From positions 160,146,001-160,210,000 of the forward strand of contig OX597816.1 of assembly GCA_951406725.2 (NCBI GenBank): a stretch of 64,000 nt of DNA. Reading direction: 5' to 3'. This DNA comes from Octopus vulgaris. Lineage: Eukaryota. Numbering within the stretch: the stretch's first letter is position 1; the number at the start of each line of letters is the position of its first letter. Position numbers and translations under genes: made by a program. This document shows, piece by piece, positions 12,880 to 25,833 of this stretch. The notes beneath the pieces are model-generated. The model was not told the origin of the DNA. It was given only the letters and a program-made list of their open reading frames with translations, and searched no databases.

Positions 12880-13200
12880 CGTGAGGTCGTGAGTTCAATT
12901 CCCAGACCGGGCTGTGTGTTGTGTTCTTGGGCAAGACACTTTATTTCATGTTGCTCTAGTTCACTTGGCTGTAGAGATGAGTTGCAATATCACTATTGCC
13001 AAGCTGTATCAGTCTTTGCCTTTCCCTAGGATAACATAGGTGATGTGGAGAGGGGAGGCTGGTATGCATGGGTGATTGCTGGTCTTCCATTAAAGGAACC
13101 TTAGGTTGTGCGTTCGCCGGTGAGATGACTTTCCAACCAGACTTGTATCCCGGAGGGGAACCTCTTAGGTGCGCCCATTTGTGACTGATGGAGTCACATT
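12880..13200 (+). mobile_element. CORE-type SINE (family-D-like head, 5'-truncated) with a tail shared with 47465-47660
   Basis: gagttcaattccc B box, gttgtgttcttgggcaagacac CORE, tail ggagaggggaggctggtatgcatggg. Confidence 0.75.
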
Positions 13201-14169
13201 CCTATTATGTTTCTGTGTGGTCCCTGATGAATTTTCTATAAATGCAACAGAACTATTTCAGTAAAAAATTTATTATTTGAATCAAATGCATAACTACTAT
13301 TGAACAGATAAATGCATGATCAAAAACCTCAATAAATGAAACACAAAATGCCTATCATCCAACTGAAAACTAACACTAATAATAACATACTACAAGCATA
13401 GAAACCTGAGAACAAACTACTAATGACCAATGTAATCTGCAGATTTTATTGTAAAACTGAAAGATGTAAACATCATGACTCCAGTTGTATGTATACAAAA
13501 AAAAAATTGAAAAAAAGGCATTGGAGAGGCAATGTATATAGCCTGCACGCTGATAAATTTTTTCACAGATTATTTTCATGAAAATGTTAAAATACAAGTT
13601 GGCAAAGAAATTTGAATGTTATTTTAAGGAGTTTGGAATTATAATTATGAAAAAAATAACATGAAATGAAGATTCTTCAATTTTTCACTGAAGAATCGTG
13701 TGTTCAAAAACAAAAAAAACTTTCTATTTCAATAGTTTTACAGTGAAATGCTAAAATATGAGTTAACCAAGAAAATTAAAGGTTGTTTTGGAAAGTTCAA
13801 CAGACAATTTTCATATGAATAAAATTTGCATATGACTAAAATAAATGATTATTCAAATAATAATCATGATTATGAATAGTCCATGGTTATGAAAAAAAGT
13901 GAACAAAATGAAATACTTATAGAAAATGATGGCAGATGAATCAAACATACTATAGTTCATTGTAGGATATAAATAACATGACTACTTACTTATCGAGAAA
14001 TTTGTAAGTTTGATCTAAAGAAAAATTTGTTTAAAGTATGACCATTATAAGTATTTATACTCTGGTGAAATTAAGAAATCAGCTTGTAATAAACAAAACC
14101 CTGAAATCCATCACTGTATACACACACACACACACAGAGTTGCATATCTACATATGTATTTATGTATGT

Positions 14170-14331
14170 TTGAAGATAATCAAACCAAATTTTCATCATT
14201 TCGAGCCCAAAGAATATTTCTGTCAAATTTGGTGAAAATCTGTTTAGCTGTTTTCCAGTAATTTTGCAAACACACAGACAAACATGAGTGATTACAATAC
14301 CCTGTTTTTGCTTATATGCACAGGGTAAAAA
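14170..14331 (+). mobile_element. 3' end of a Helentron/HINE-like non-autonomous element
   Basis: aaatttggtgaaaatc..., a short acagaca tract, then terminal hairpin accctg..cagggt followed by an A-run; typical HINE/DINE-1 layout. Confidence 0.5.
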
Positions 14332-14559
14332 TCAAGTTTGGTGGGGGTATATTAAGAAATGTTATTGATACAGTATATTATACATTTATACATAATATAC
14401 TGCATAGTGATACAGTATATTATTGAAACCATCTTTTCATGTGTTTCAGTGACCATTGTAAGGCAGATTATGTATTATGTATGCATTTCCTTAGATAGTC
14501 ATCAGTATTTACATTATCAGAAGTTATGTGAAACACAATCTAAATAATAATTTCATAAT

Positions 14560-14960
14560 AAGTGCAGGAGTGGCTGTGTGGTAAGTAGCTTGTTTACCAA
14601 CCACATGGTCCTGGGTTCAGTCCCACTGCGTGGCACCTTGGGCAAGTGTTTTCTACTATAGCCTTGGGCCAACCAAAGCCTTGTGGGTGGATTTGGTAGA
14701 CGGAAACTGAAAAGAAGCCTGTTGTATATATGTATATATGTGTGTGTGTTTGTGTGTCTGTGTTTGTTCCACCAACGTTGCTTGACAACCGATGCTGGTG
14801 TGTTTATGTCCCCGTAACTTAGTGGTTCGGCAAAAGAAATTGATAGAATAAGTACTAGGCTTACGAAGAATAATTCCTGGGGGTTAATTTGCTTGACTAA
14901 AAGCAGTGCTCCAGCATGGCCACAAGCAAATGACTGAAACAAGTAAAAGAGTAAAGAGTA
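14560..14960 (+). mobile_element. SINE family A, full length, CpG-decayed
   Basis: Head, microsatellite and tail all present. Confidence 0.9.
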
Positions 14961-14961
14961 T

Positions 14962-15110
14962 AGTTGGCATTAAGAAGAGCATCCAACCACAGAAACTATA
15001 CTAAAGCAGATATTTGAGCTCAATGCATTCCTCTGGTTTGTTAGATCCTGTCAGGTTGTTTAATCCATACCAATATAGAAGACAAACATTAAATGACGAT
15101 AGTGATTATC
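14962..15110 (+). mobile_element. RTE-derived 3' tail module (also ~18369-18785(-), 29680-29905, 44130-44850, 49440-49770, 54076-54310(-))
   Basis: Shared gttggc.ttaggaagggcatccagc.gtagaaac...ccatgccagcatggaa..gacgttaaatgatgatga pattern with a (GAT)n end, like the RTE fragment at 50056. Confidence 0.6.
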
Positions 15111-16464
15111 CAGACTTCAGTTTTGTTACTCTTTGATCCAAGAAGACCTATAACAAGAAGCTATGCCAAAACAGTTTGAATTCTCTTCACAGGTTCCTCC
15201 ATAATGTTATAAAGGAATGCATGGAATTCAAAAATACCAGTTATGTGTCAAGCACCTTGCATACACATTTCACTGATGTAATGTGTGTGTGTATTTAGAG
15301 AGAGAGTTTTAATAATACAAACAGGAAAAATAGTACTCAAAATATGAGTATATATCATCATCATCATCATCATTTATATATATATATGTATGTATGTATG
15401 TAATAATATTATTCCCAGTTGCATGGTAATTTTAATGTCGCACACACAACATAGACCCAAAAATTTCTTCTTTAGAAAAATATGTATTTAAATAAATTTT
15501 AATGTCATGAATAGCGAAACCGATTGACAAACGCAATACAAGATGTATTAAAAATTATATTAAAACTATGTAAAGTGTGTGCATTTTTCTTCTTTAATTT
15601 CTCATAGATTTGAAAAGCCCACTTGATTGGGAGAAAGCGCTAATCCGAATGATATGATCTGAATGATATGATATATATGTAAAAAATGTAATATATAAAT
15701 AAATATCTATAAATATGAACCATCCGATCTGATTACCTCATTTTTTCTAATATATATATATACACACACACACACTCTGTAGACACTCAGTCCTTTAGTC
15801 ATTTTGTATCTTATGTCTGTTAAAAGAAAATGCATTCACACATTTGGATGAATTGATATATATTTGTGTACACACACACACACACACATATGTTTATAAA
15901 TCTGAATATTAGTCATCTGTTGGACACTCTCCCTAAACAAGGCAAGTTTGATATTTAACTATATTACATAATTATTTTAAAACTAAATCTATGAATCATT
16001 TTCTCTGAATAATATTATTCCCAGTCACATGGTAATGCCTGTGACAAGCGAATCAAACCTACAGCAATTCCGGATATATCAAATTTTTTGTCTAGATGCA
16101 TGTTTAGTAGCCACCTACATATTCTGCTTCACTGAGTTTTCACTTTTGCTCATGTTATTTTCTCTCAATGCTTACTCAACTTCTGTAAAAATCCCAATTT
16201 ATGTAATTACATTACTGAATTAAATTGCTGATTAATTTACTAAGTGTTACTAATTTGGCTTCATTTTGGTTCTTCTTACATGTAAGAAGCCAATAGATAC
16301 TTTTGATTTGTGTCATAACTTTACAATAGCTTCCTTTTTCTTTAATTTTAGTCTATTTTTTTCCTTCTGTCTGCAGACAGAATTCTAGAGTGTTGCAGTC
16401 TGGGTATTAAACTGCTGATGTTAATAACAATAATAATGATATATACTGTGACAGTTATAATAAT

Positions 16465-17245
16465 AATGGTTTTAAATTTTGGCACAAAGCCAGAAATTTT
16501 AGGGGAAGGGTCTGGTTTTTATTACATCAACACCAGTATTCAGTTGGTACTTGTTTCGTTGACCCTCAAAATGATATAAAGTAAAAGTGACCTTGGTGGA
16601 ATTTGAACTCAGACATAAAGAGCTCTGAAGCATTTTGTCTGATGTGCTAAGGATTCTGTCAGCTTTCTGCCTTAATAACAATCCTTTCTACTAGATGCAC
16701 AAGGCCAGAAACCTAGGCGAGGAGACTAGTTGATCACATCGACCCCACTATTTGACTGGTACTTAATTTATCAACCCTGAAAGGATGAAAGGCAAAGTCG
16801 ACCTTGGCAGAATTTGAACTCAGAATGTGAAGACAAATGAAGTACCACTAAGCATTTTGCCTGACATGCTAATGATTCTTCCAGCTCACCACTTTAATAT
16901 AATAATCCTTTCTACTATAGGCACGAAGCCTGAAATTTGGCGGGAAGGGGTGGGGGGCAGTCAATTATATCGACCCCAGTAACCAACTGCTACTTAATTT
17001 ATCGACCCTGAAAGGGTGAAAGCCAAAGTCAACCCTGGCAGAAATAATAATAAAATAATCGCTTCAACTATAGGCACAAGGCCTGAAATTTTTAGGGAGT
17101 TGATTACATTGACCCTAGTGCTTAATTAGTACTTATTTTATGAACCCTGCAAAAGGATGAAGAGCGAAGTCAGCCTTTGCCTGAAGAAATACAACTAAGC
17201 ATTTTGTTCAACATGCTGACAATTCTGTCAACTCACTGTCTTGAT
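16465..17245 (-). mobile_element. Head-to-tail chain of four SINE family B copies separated by (AAT)n
   Basis: Units ~16465-16675, 16680-16895, 16905-17045, 17060-17245. Confidence 0.85.
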
Positions 17246-17987
17246 GGTTCGAATTACAATTTATTGATAATCTGTGAAGGCATTTGGCCTAGTGGTTTGG
17301 GCTGTTCGACTCCTCATTGTAAGGCTGTGGGGTTTCTAACATGATAGTCTTGACATATTTATAAGATTTTCTTACATTTTATATATGTTTGTATGTTCAC
17401 ATGAGTGTGTGTGCAACCTAGGTATCTCTTATGAGATCTATACACTTCTATGAACTGTCTTCAATACGAACAAATTGAGTTCCATTAGGTAAATTATCTT
17501 TGATCCATTCTATTATTTGTATGTTAAAAATATAAGATTGCAGTATTTGTAGCAGTTTGTTCTTACATAATCAAATGCTTTTACTGTATCTTTGTAGAAA
17601 TAAAAAATTACTATAGTGTTATTATCCATTTCCATTGTCTAAGTGTCTAGACAAAAGAGTACTTGAATAATTGTAGAGTGATTTGGTAGAAAGCCAAGTC
17701 ATGTGGTTTAATTGATAAAAGTTGTTTTTTGAGTTTAAATGATTTAGAATATTTTGTTTTACAATGGTTTCAAAATGTTTACTAATAAAGTAATTGTTCT
17801 GTAATTACTGACATCATATGCTAAGTTCTTGTTGATGTAAAAAATGTACCTTGGCAACTTTCCAAATTGATGGAAATGTTATGAAATACAAGGTAAAAGA
17901 AGAAATATAGGATATAAGTTCATCATCAGAATCATTGTCATCGTCATCACTATCATTTAAGGTCTTTGTTCCATGCTTTTTTCTAGC

Positions 17988-18368
17988 GGTGTCATATGAA
18001 ATTGTCACCCATAATTATAACCCTAGTATTGATCTATTGCATTTCAATCTGTTTTAGGGTTAGGGGTGAGAGAATGGTATCTTTTTTTTCTTCACAAATG
18101 TAAATAAACCCAATCTGTTTCTTAAATGAGGGACATATTCATACGGCACAGAATGTTTTTTTTACCTCAATGGACGATATTGATTGGTTGAAATTGCAGA
18201 AATTGAAGTAAAAAAACAACAACAAATATCTTACAAACTATAGAATTTTATCAATAAAGCCAAGAGAAAAAGATGTTTTATAAACACATTCTACCAGTAT
18301 ACGAGGTTTAAAATTTTTTAGTTACCTAGAAATTATGTTAAAAACTGCTGTTCAAACCGAAAAGATCC
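17988..18368 (+). mobile_element. Non-autonomous DNA element (GG...CC ends) inserted in an RTE-tail element; same family as 22697-23621
   Basis: Shares cccataattat..gatctattgcatttcaatctgttttagggttagggg and ..ttctaccagtatacg..gaaaagatcc with the 22.7-23.6 kb element. Confidence 0.7.
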
Positions 18369-19469
18369 GAGTTTGACAATTTGACAGCATCTGACAAGCC
18401 AGAAGATTGCTTTGAACTCCAGTGTCTGCTTTAGCATGGTTTTTATGGCTGGACATGCTTTCTGATACGACCACTTTACAAAGTGTACTGGGTCCATTCT
18501 TTTGTGGCACTGGCACAGTGAGATCTCTAAGTAATTCACAAGACATAACCCCTCAACTGAGTGGGTGTGTAGTATTGAGGGAGGTGACTTTGGGCCAGGT
18601 GTTGAGAGGCTAAATTATGATGAAGGAAAAGTAACAGGTGTCTTCGTGTAGAAGGGATACATGGACTACCATAGATGGAAAAGGAAAAAAGATTGTTGGA
18701 GATGAGGTGTGAGGGCATGGCCCTTAGGTACAAGAAGGTGGATATAAAACAGAATAGGGACAAAGGAAGGAGGAGGATTCATTCAAATGTAAATTTTTTT
18801 ATAAAATTTGTAGAATACTAATAAAGCTGAACCAAAATTTCAGGGAAAGAGGTTTTAAACCCTATCTGAAGTTTGAATGAGGATAATTTAGTTCTTACAG
18901 AGTAAATTTTTTTCTTTAAATTTTTATCCATTTCGTTATTTTGCTATCTCTCTTTAGGAGCCATGCCTACAGGTATCAGTAATATGGACCTCTATGTTAA
19001 AGTGTGAACATTCATGATTTTTCCCAAGAAAGAATGGATTTCTTTCTTGGGAAAGATACAGCAGTAGTTTATAAGGCCCGGTGTTGAAGCTTGATAGTAG
19101 CGGCCAGCAAAACTTGTGTTCACTTTATTCTATCTAATTCTTGTAAGCAGTGCAAATATTTACCCGTGTACGGTTACATAGGAATATAGACAGTATACTC
19201 ATTCCAAAAAAAAAAAAAAAATAATAATAATAAATAAATAAATTCCGATGAGTCAAGAGGGAACCTCTACATGGTCGATCGTCCTGCTAGAAATAGAAAC
19301 GTTATATCCACTAAATCGTACCTTGTCATCTTAAATAATGAAAGAATGCATTGGATTGATATCCTTAATACTACCTAAAAGACGGGATGATCGTAGCTGA
19401 AATGTCTTTCATTATAGGCCACTCATTCGAAGTTGTTTTGAGGTTAAACAACTATTGCACAAAGCTAAT

Positions 19470-20070
19470 ATTCTTTTCTACTCTAGACACAAGGCCCGAA
19501 ATTTTGAGAGAGGGGGCCAGTCAATTAGATCGATCCCAGTACGCAATTGGTACTTATTTTATCGACCGCGAAAGGATGAAAGGCAAAGTCGACTTCGGCG
19601 GAATTTGAACTCAGAACGTCAAGACACGTTTCTACCAGCTCGCCGCCTTAAAGCTAATATGATCAATACCATTAAGGCAACGAACTGATAAAATCGTTAA
19701 CACGCCTGGCGAAATGCTTAGCGGTATTTCGGCTGCCTTTACGTTGTGAGTTCAAATTCCGCCGAGGTCGACTTTGCCTTTCATCCTTTCGAGGTCGATA
19801 AATTAAGTACCAGTTACGCACTGGGGTCGATGTAATCGACTTAATACCTATGTCTGTCCTTGTTTTTCCCCTCTACGGCCCCTTGTGGGTAGTAAAGAAA
19901 TAGGCATTTCGCTGTCTTTTATGTTCTGAGTTCAAATTCCGCCGATGTCAACTTTGCCTTTCATCCTTTCGGGATCGACAAACTAAGTACCAGTTGGGTA
20001 CTGTGTCGATATAATCCATTAGCTCTTTTCCTAAAATTCCTGGGCTTGTATCAAAATTTGAAATCATTAT
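19470..20070. mobile_element. Divergent pair of SINE B elements: 19470-19650(-) and a dimeric copy 19673-20070(+)
   Basis: The plus copy restarts at ggcatttcg after the aaagaaata tail (~19902). Confidence 0.85.
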
Positions 20071-21029
20071 TATCTATACCATCCACATAACAGTCAAATC
20101 TCTCTCAAATGACACCCACCTGTCTATATATAAAAGAAAAGACACATTGGATAGCTTTAGGATAACTAAAATAAAAAAATAAAATTAAAAAAATGAGACT
20201 ATGATCACGGTTGGAACACCTACGTTCATTGGGCTACTGAATCGGAACTTACTTGCGGTTAAACAACAGTAGTATCAATATCCTTCAAAGTTGCAACGAT
20301 GACAAAGATAAATTTAAAAAACAAAATTTAAAGAATCTCAGTAAAACTGCTCACACCAGGGAAATATTTGCTGGGTTTATCGGACGAAAACAAATTTGGA
20401 AAAACAAACTAAAAACTATTGTACTTATTTCACTGGTTAACATTCCCGTTACTCTTGACAGTTTGGTGTGCGTCCCCTATCTTCGTGTATGGGTCCTTTT
20501 GTTTTGTTTTTACTATTTCACTCCTTCACCGACATCCATATTTATACACCTCTGCTCTGATAAATCTGTCAAACGGGAGATGTTTATCACTCACACACAC
20601 ATATGTACATATGCATAAAATACACACACACACTCTATACCTTTGAATTATTTTCTTCTGTTGGCACAGCCCATGTTTCTCTCGTACAAGCTGTATCTAT
20701 CATGTTTCATTTGGGATGTGGGATAAAAAACGTTACTGCTTAATAACAGTTTCTACGTTAGGTACAAGGTCACCAAGTTTTTAGGGATGTAGCTGATTCG
20801 ATACCATCGGCCCTAGTACTTCACCTGTACTTAATTTTATCGAATCCGGCGAGATATATATTATTAATAATAGTTTCAAATCTTGACACGCGGCAAACAA
20901 TTTTAGGAGAACGGGTAAGTCGAATAACATCGACCCCAGTGCTCGACTGGTAAGGCAAAGGTCGACTTCAGCGGAATTTGAACTCGGTTGCCTAAGTTTC
21001 TCCCGTACAGTGTATTTGTCATATTTCAT

Positions 21030-21660
21030 ATGGGGTGTAGGATAATAGGTATACGTACCTATGTATGCCCTTCCCTGAATTTGTTTTCACAAAACTTTCA
21101 GAAAATGGATATTTTTTATAATGAAATTTTCTACGAATACACTTCAGATGGTATAGATTTCGATTATATCGGAATTTTTTTTTGAGAGATTTTTTCCGAG
21201 GGTGGGGCGAAGAGTTTCGGAAAATTCGAGTCCGCTTTGTTTCCTCATAGCATTCAGAAAAATGGTTATTTTTTCATGAAAGTTTCTACAGATGCTTTTC
21301 AGAGGGTGTAGATTACGATTATATTAGAATTTTATTTGAAAAATAGAACGATTGGCCACGTACACGTACATACATCACAATTTTATTTAGAAATTGCAAG
21401 TTTCAGTTTGTAGATTATGTAATGTGTGTCTATGTATGTGTGTGAGCTTACAAATTTTTTATTTTACATATTTAATATCTATACCATCTGAAAGGCACTT
21501 GTAGAAAATTTAAAAAAAAATTATTTTTCTGAATATTATGAGAAAACAAAAAGTTTCGTGTGAATTTCCCGAAACTCCTCTCCTCACCCTCAGAAAAAGA
21601 TTAATTCACAACAAATTCCGAGGGATAAAAAGCCATGGTAGGGCATATTTGCGTAGGTAA
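21030..21660. mobile_element. Degenerate MITE-like element with internal direct and inverted repeats
   Basis: ~21195-21315 is an imperfect reverse complement of ~21477-21597; ttcagaaaa.tgg..tttctac..cagatggtatagat occurs twice in direct orientation. Confidence 0.55.
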
Positions 21661-22696
21661 ATCAGATAATAAATACTATCATTTAATAGCTGTTTTAATG
21701 CACTGAAAACTTTTTTTTTTAGCTGAATATATGTTACTGAAATTGGGGTACGTTTAACATACCCGTGCGTCTTTATGTCATCAAATACGGTATAAACTGA
21801 AATTATATTTAGATTTTATTATTCGTGCGCACATAAGAAAAATGAAACAAAGGACATTACAGTTTAAATTTTAAATAAAATAACGTTAGTTTTATTACAG
21901 GGGTTAACAAATCCGACGTAAACGTTATACTGGCGTACCTCAACTTAACTTTACGTCAGTCTCAGCGAACACATTCAAAACCATAAAATCTTTAAAAAAG
22001 TACACCTAAAACCATTACTAGAGTGGGAAACCAAATGCATGTGAAAATACAAATCATTTATTAAGATAAATATAAGCTAATAAATATTTTAAAATGTTTT
22101 CGTATTATGTGGGGTACCTAAATCACGCCCATTGTACGTAATATCCTAGATTATCGCTAAAAAGACGGTTAGCTGAAGGCTGGAATGTCTTTGATGATAG
22201 GTTAGCTGTATCAGGGTAGATTCGAGGCTAAATAACAACAAAATTATTACTGTTACAGAGACAGACCAATGACGGAGCCTGTATTTGGTTGCACGACCTG
22301 CTAGAAAAAGTAGCCAAACTTTTTTATGTACAGAATAGAAAACCTCTGACATGTTCAACCAGTATCCGAAATTTCAAACTGTTAAAACAAATTAATCAAC
22401 TACTCTCGTAGTCAAAGGAACCCCAATATTTGGAATATGGATACTTGCAATCTTTTATTCTTTCAACTTTTCTTCAACTTTAGCTGCTTCATCATTCAGT
22501 GAAGAATATTGTTTTAACAACAGAATAGCTTTGATTGTAATGGATCTGTGAGAAAAGACGTTCAAGCCATAACCATTTTGTCTTATTCTTTTCTAGAAGT
22601 AATGAATTCCTAAGCGAACATTATAAAATAATATAAACTTGAATTTTTTTTTCTTGAAAACGGAAATTTCATTTTTCTTTTTGTCAAGAAAATTTG

Positions 22697-23621
22697 GGGA
22701 TCTTTTCACTATGACCGGCAGATTTTTAAAATAATTTCTTTGTAACTAAACACTTTTAAACTTCGTATACTGGTAGAATGTGTTACATAAAACATCTTTT
22801 TTCTCTTGTTTTTTTTTGAGAAAATTCTGTAGTTTGTAAGCTATTTGTTGTTAAATTTCTTGCATTTCGGCAATTTCAACCTATCAATGACGTCTATTGA
22901 GGTGAATACAATTTCTACGGTTGTTTGTCACTGTCATTTATGACATATTTCATATCAGTTACGTTCGTATGAATAATAGATTATCGTTATTAAACTTTTA
23001 TTAATAAATACATATTCTAAGTTCACAACATATGCAGTTTTAATTTCCCTCTCTGTTGCACAGATACACACATTACATATTGTATATTCGTTTAAGAAAC
23101 AGATTGGGTTTATTTACATTTCTGAAGAAAAAAGATACCCTTCCCCCACCCCTAAGCCTAAAACAGATTGAAATGCAATAGATCGATACTAGGGTCATAA
23201 TTATGGGTGGACACTAAAGAGGGAACGGTTTTGTTATCCAGCTCTGTTTACGAGTGACCCCACAGTTTATGGCCAAACACGTATATTTGTTTACATTTGA
23301 AGATCGTTACTTTCCGTAAAATTTTTATTTTTTTATATATGTGGGGTTAGGGGTGGGGGGAAGGGTATCTTTTTTCTCATAAATAACATTGACAAACAAC
23401 CGCAGAAATTGTATTCACCTCAATAGACGTCATTGATTGGTTGAAATTGCCGAAATGCAAGAGATTTAACAACAAATAGCTTACAAACTACAGAATTTTC
23501 TCAAGAAAGCCAAGAGAAAAAGATGTTTTATGTAACACATTCTACCAGTATACGAAGTTTAAAAGTGTTTAGTTACAAAGAAATTATTTTAAAAATCTGC
23601 CGGTCAAAGCGAAAAGATCCC
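22697..23621. mobile_element. 925-bp foldback DNA element with ~233-bp inverted arms (22697-22930 and 23390-23621)
   Basis: Termini GGGATCTTTTC / GAAAAGATCCC; arms highly similar by eye; no clear TSD. Confidence 0.85.
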
Positions 23622-25833
23622 TTAATTCATTAACTCCGAAAGCATAAAAGGCTAAGTTGACTTCTGAAGATTTTGAATACAGAACGTATACGACTGTATA
23701 TTGCATGCCAACCTAGGTTTGTTCAATCAAGGCGGACCTTGACTAAACAAACGAAAAAGAGGGAAACCAACGCTTTTATGCTACTTATAATCCAAAACAT
23801 GGAAACTTAGATGGCAAATGAAGTACCAGTGTTTGATTTATAATTCTAAGATAACTTTTCATATTCCCCAGGATCGATGATATAAACGGTTGCGATTTAT
23901 GGAGGATATAGAAGATTGGAATAATACTGAGATTAGTGTATCGGTTCTGGAGTTTGACTCCATTCAAAGTTGATGTTGCCCTTAATCTTTTCAGGCATGA
24001 TTAAATAAATCCCAGTCAATTCTCCAGTCCGGTTCAAGCGATTATGTTTTACGCCATTTTAAAATAAAACAAAAATGGCGACGGTGATAATAATATTAAT
24101 AATGGTATTGGTGATGATGACGCTGTTGTTGATGCGGGTGGTGATGATGATGAAGGTGATGGTATGGAAATTAAGATAAAAAGCAAGAGAACCGTGGATT
24201 TGACTTGACGGCTTCAAGGCTGAAGATGATGAGTGATGAAAATGCGATCAATCATAAAACTGAAAACGTTTTAATTTCCTGTGACGTGAATGTTAAGATT
24301 TTTGTTTTATACTTTGATAATTTTTCGGTCCTATACGTGCTGCTATATGAAAACTACGTGTTTGATGTCATAGCAGTATTATTTATTATACAATGACGAG
24401 AGAAGAGTGAATGAGTGTGTTTGAAAGCGGCACGTGACGATGGGAAAGAAAGAATCGGATACACTGGAGGAAAGCAAGACGGTAAGGGATGCACGTGTTG
24501 GAGGGGGTGGGAAAGAGTGAAGTGAGTATGGGAAGGACAGGGAGAGGGAGACATAGAGAGTGAGAGAGAGTAAAGGTGTTAGTGTATGAAACTGTGAAGT
24601 GTGTTTGAAATGTATGTGTGAAAGAAAGAGTTAGCCGGGTCTATGGGAGAAAAGACAAGGTACGCGAAAGCTTGAGCTGTGTAAGCGGTTGGTGGTGGTG
24701 GGGAAATGTTGAGAGGGGTCTGTTGGAAAAACGGAGAAAGAAAGTGTGTGTGTGTGCGTGTGAGAAAGGTGTAAAAATAAAAAGTGAGACACGATTTTGA
24801 GGCATGTAGATCTATAAAAATAAAAATAAGTAGTTCAATTGCGCGATATGCAAATAAACGGGGGCGAGAGAGGGAGAGATAGGAAGGGGTACGGGAACTA
24901 AAATATCAAGACTGTTAGTATAGGAGCGAAAATAAAGGTAAATTTTCCATTGACCATGGTGTTAATACAGGTGTTATAGTTGTTAATGAAAAACGATATT
25001 TCTAGTGTGTATGAAAGAGTTTACGCGTGTTTATATGTGAGTATTTATATGTATGTGTGTGTGTGTGTGTGTATGAGTGAGAAAGAGAATTCGTGTGTAT
25101 GTATGTATATGTTATAAGCACATATTTGAATGTGTGTTCGGGGATCCATCCGTGTGTACGCGTGTACGAAAAGCAAGAAGATACGCATGCGTAAGCACAC
25201 ACAAACACACGCTCACGTTTTGAGAAACTAAATAAATAAATAAATAAAAACTTTTGATCTCGCTTTGTGTCTGTTGAACAAGTAACGGTTCAATTGTGGC
25301 CTACAGACCCAACACTAATCTGTTTTAACAAACTTGGTTCCTTTCTCACTGCCTGAAGTCGCCTTTTATAACAGAATGTCGGTCCCATTATCTCTGCATG
25401 TTTTGGGGGCGGAACGCAGGTTGTATTATACATAACACACACATACATACACACAAGATCAAAGACTAGTGAAGAACCTTGCTGTACTCAGTTGGAGAAC
25501 CGCAGCTCTACGATTGAGTACAACCATCTTCTTCACTAATCCTTTGATCTAACATGTACGATATATATACTAATTTTCAAAAAAGGAACGACAGGTTTAT
25601 AAGTTAACCAACATATATATCAACGGTAGCCTCCTGTCCTCTTTGAAAAAATGTCTGTCTGGCTCTCTGCTGCTCTTCTTTTTCTTCTCGACTTGGTTTT
25701 GTCAACAGTCCGTCACTCCTCTTCATTCAACTGTAACTATTTCACTGTTGTTCATGCTTCTAATGTAATATCCGCTCATTTTTGTATTATCTAAAAAAGA
25801 AGCATGAAAATTACACAATATCACATGTCCACT

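Noticed and set aside
18054-18068. TTAGGG telomere-like repeats
   Set aside because: Only about two units, internal to a DNA element (also near 23150 and 23345); not an interstitial telomere array.
25600-25795. Possible minus-strand exon after a cttcttttttag acceptor (MKRSDGLLTKPSREEKEEQQRARQ..)
   Set aside because: All frames from the acceptor hit stops, no convincing donor, no recognisable homology.
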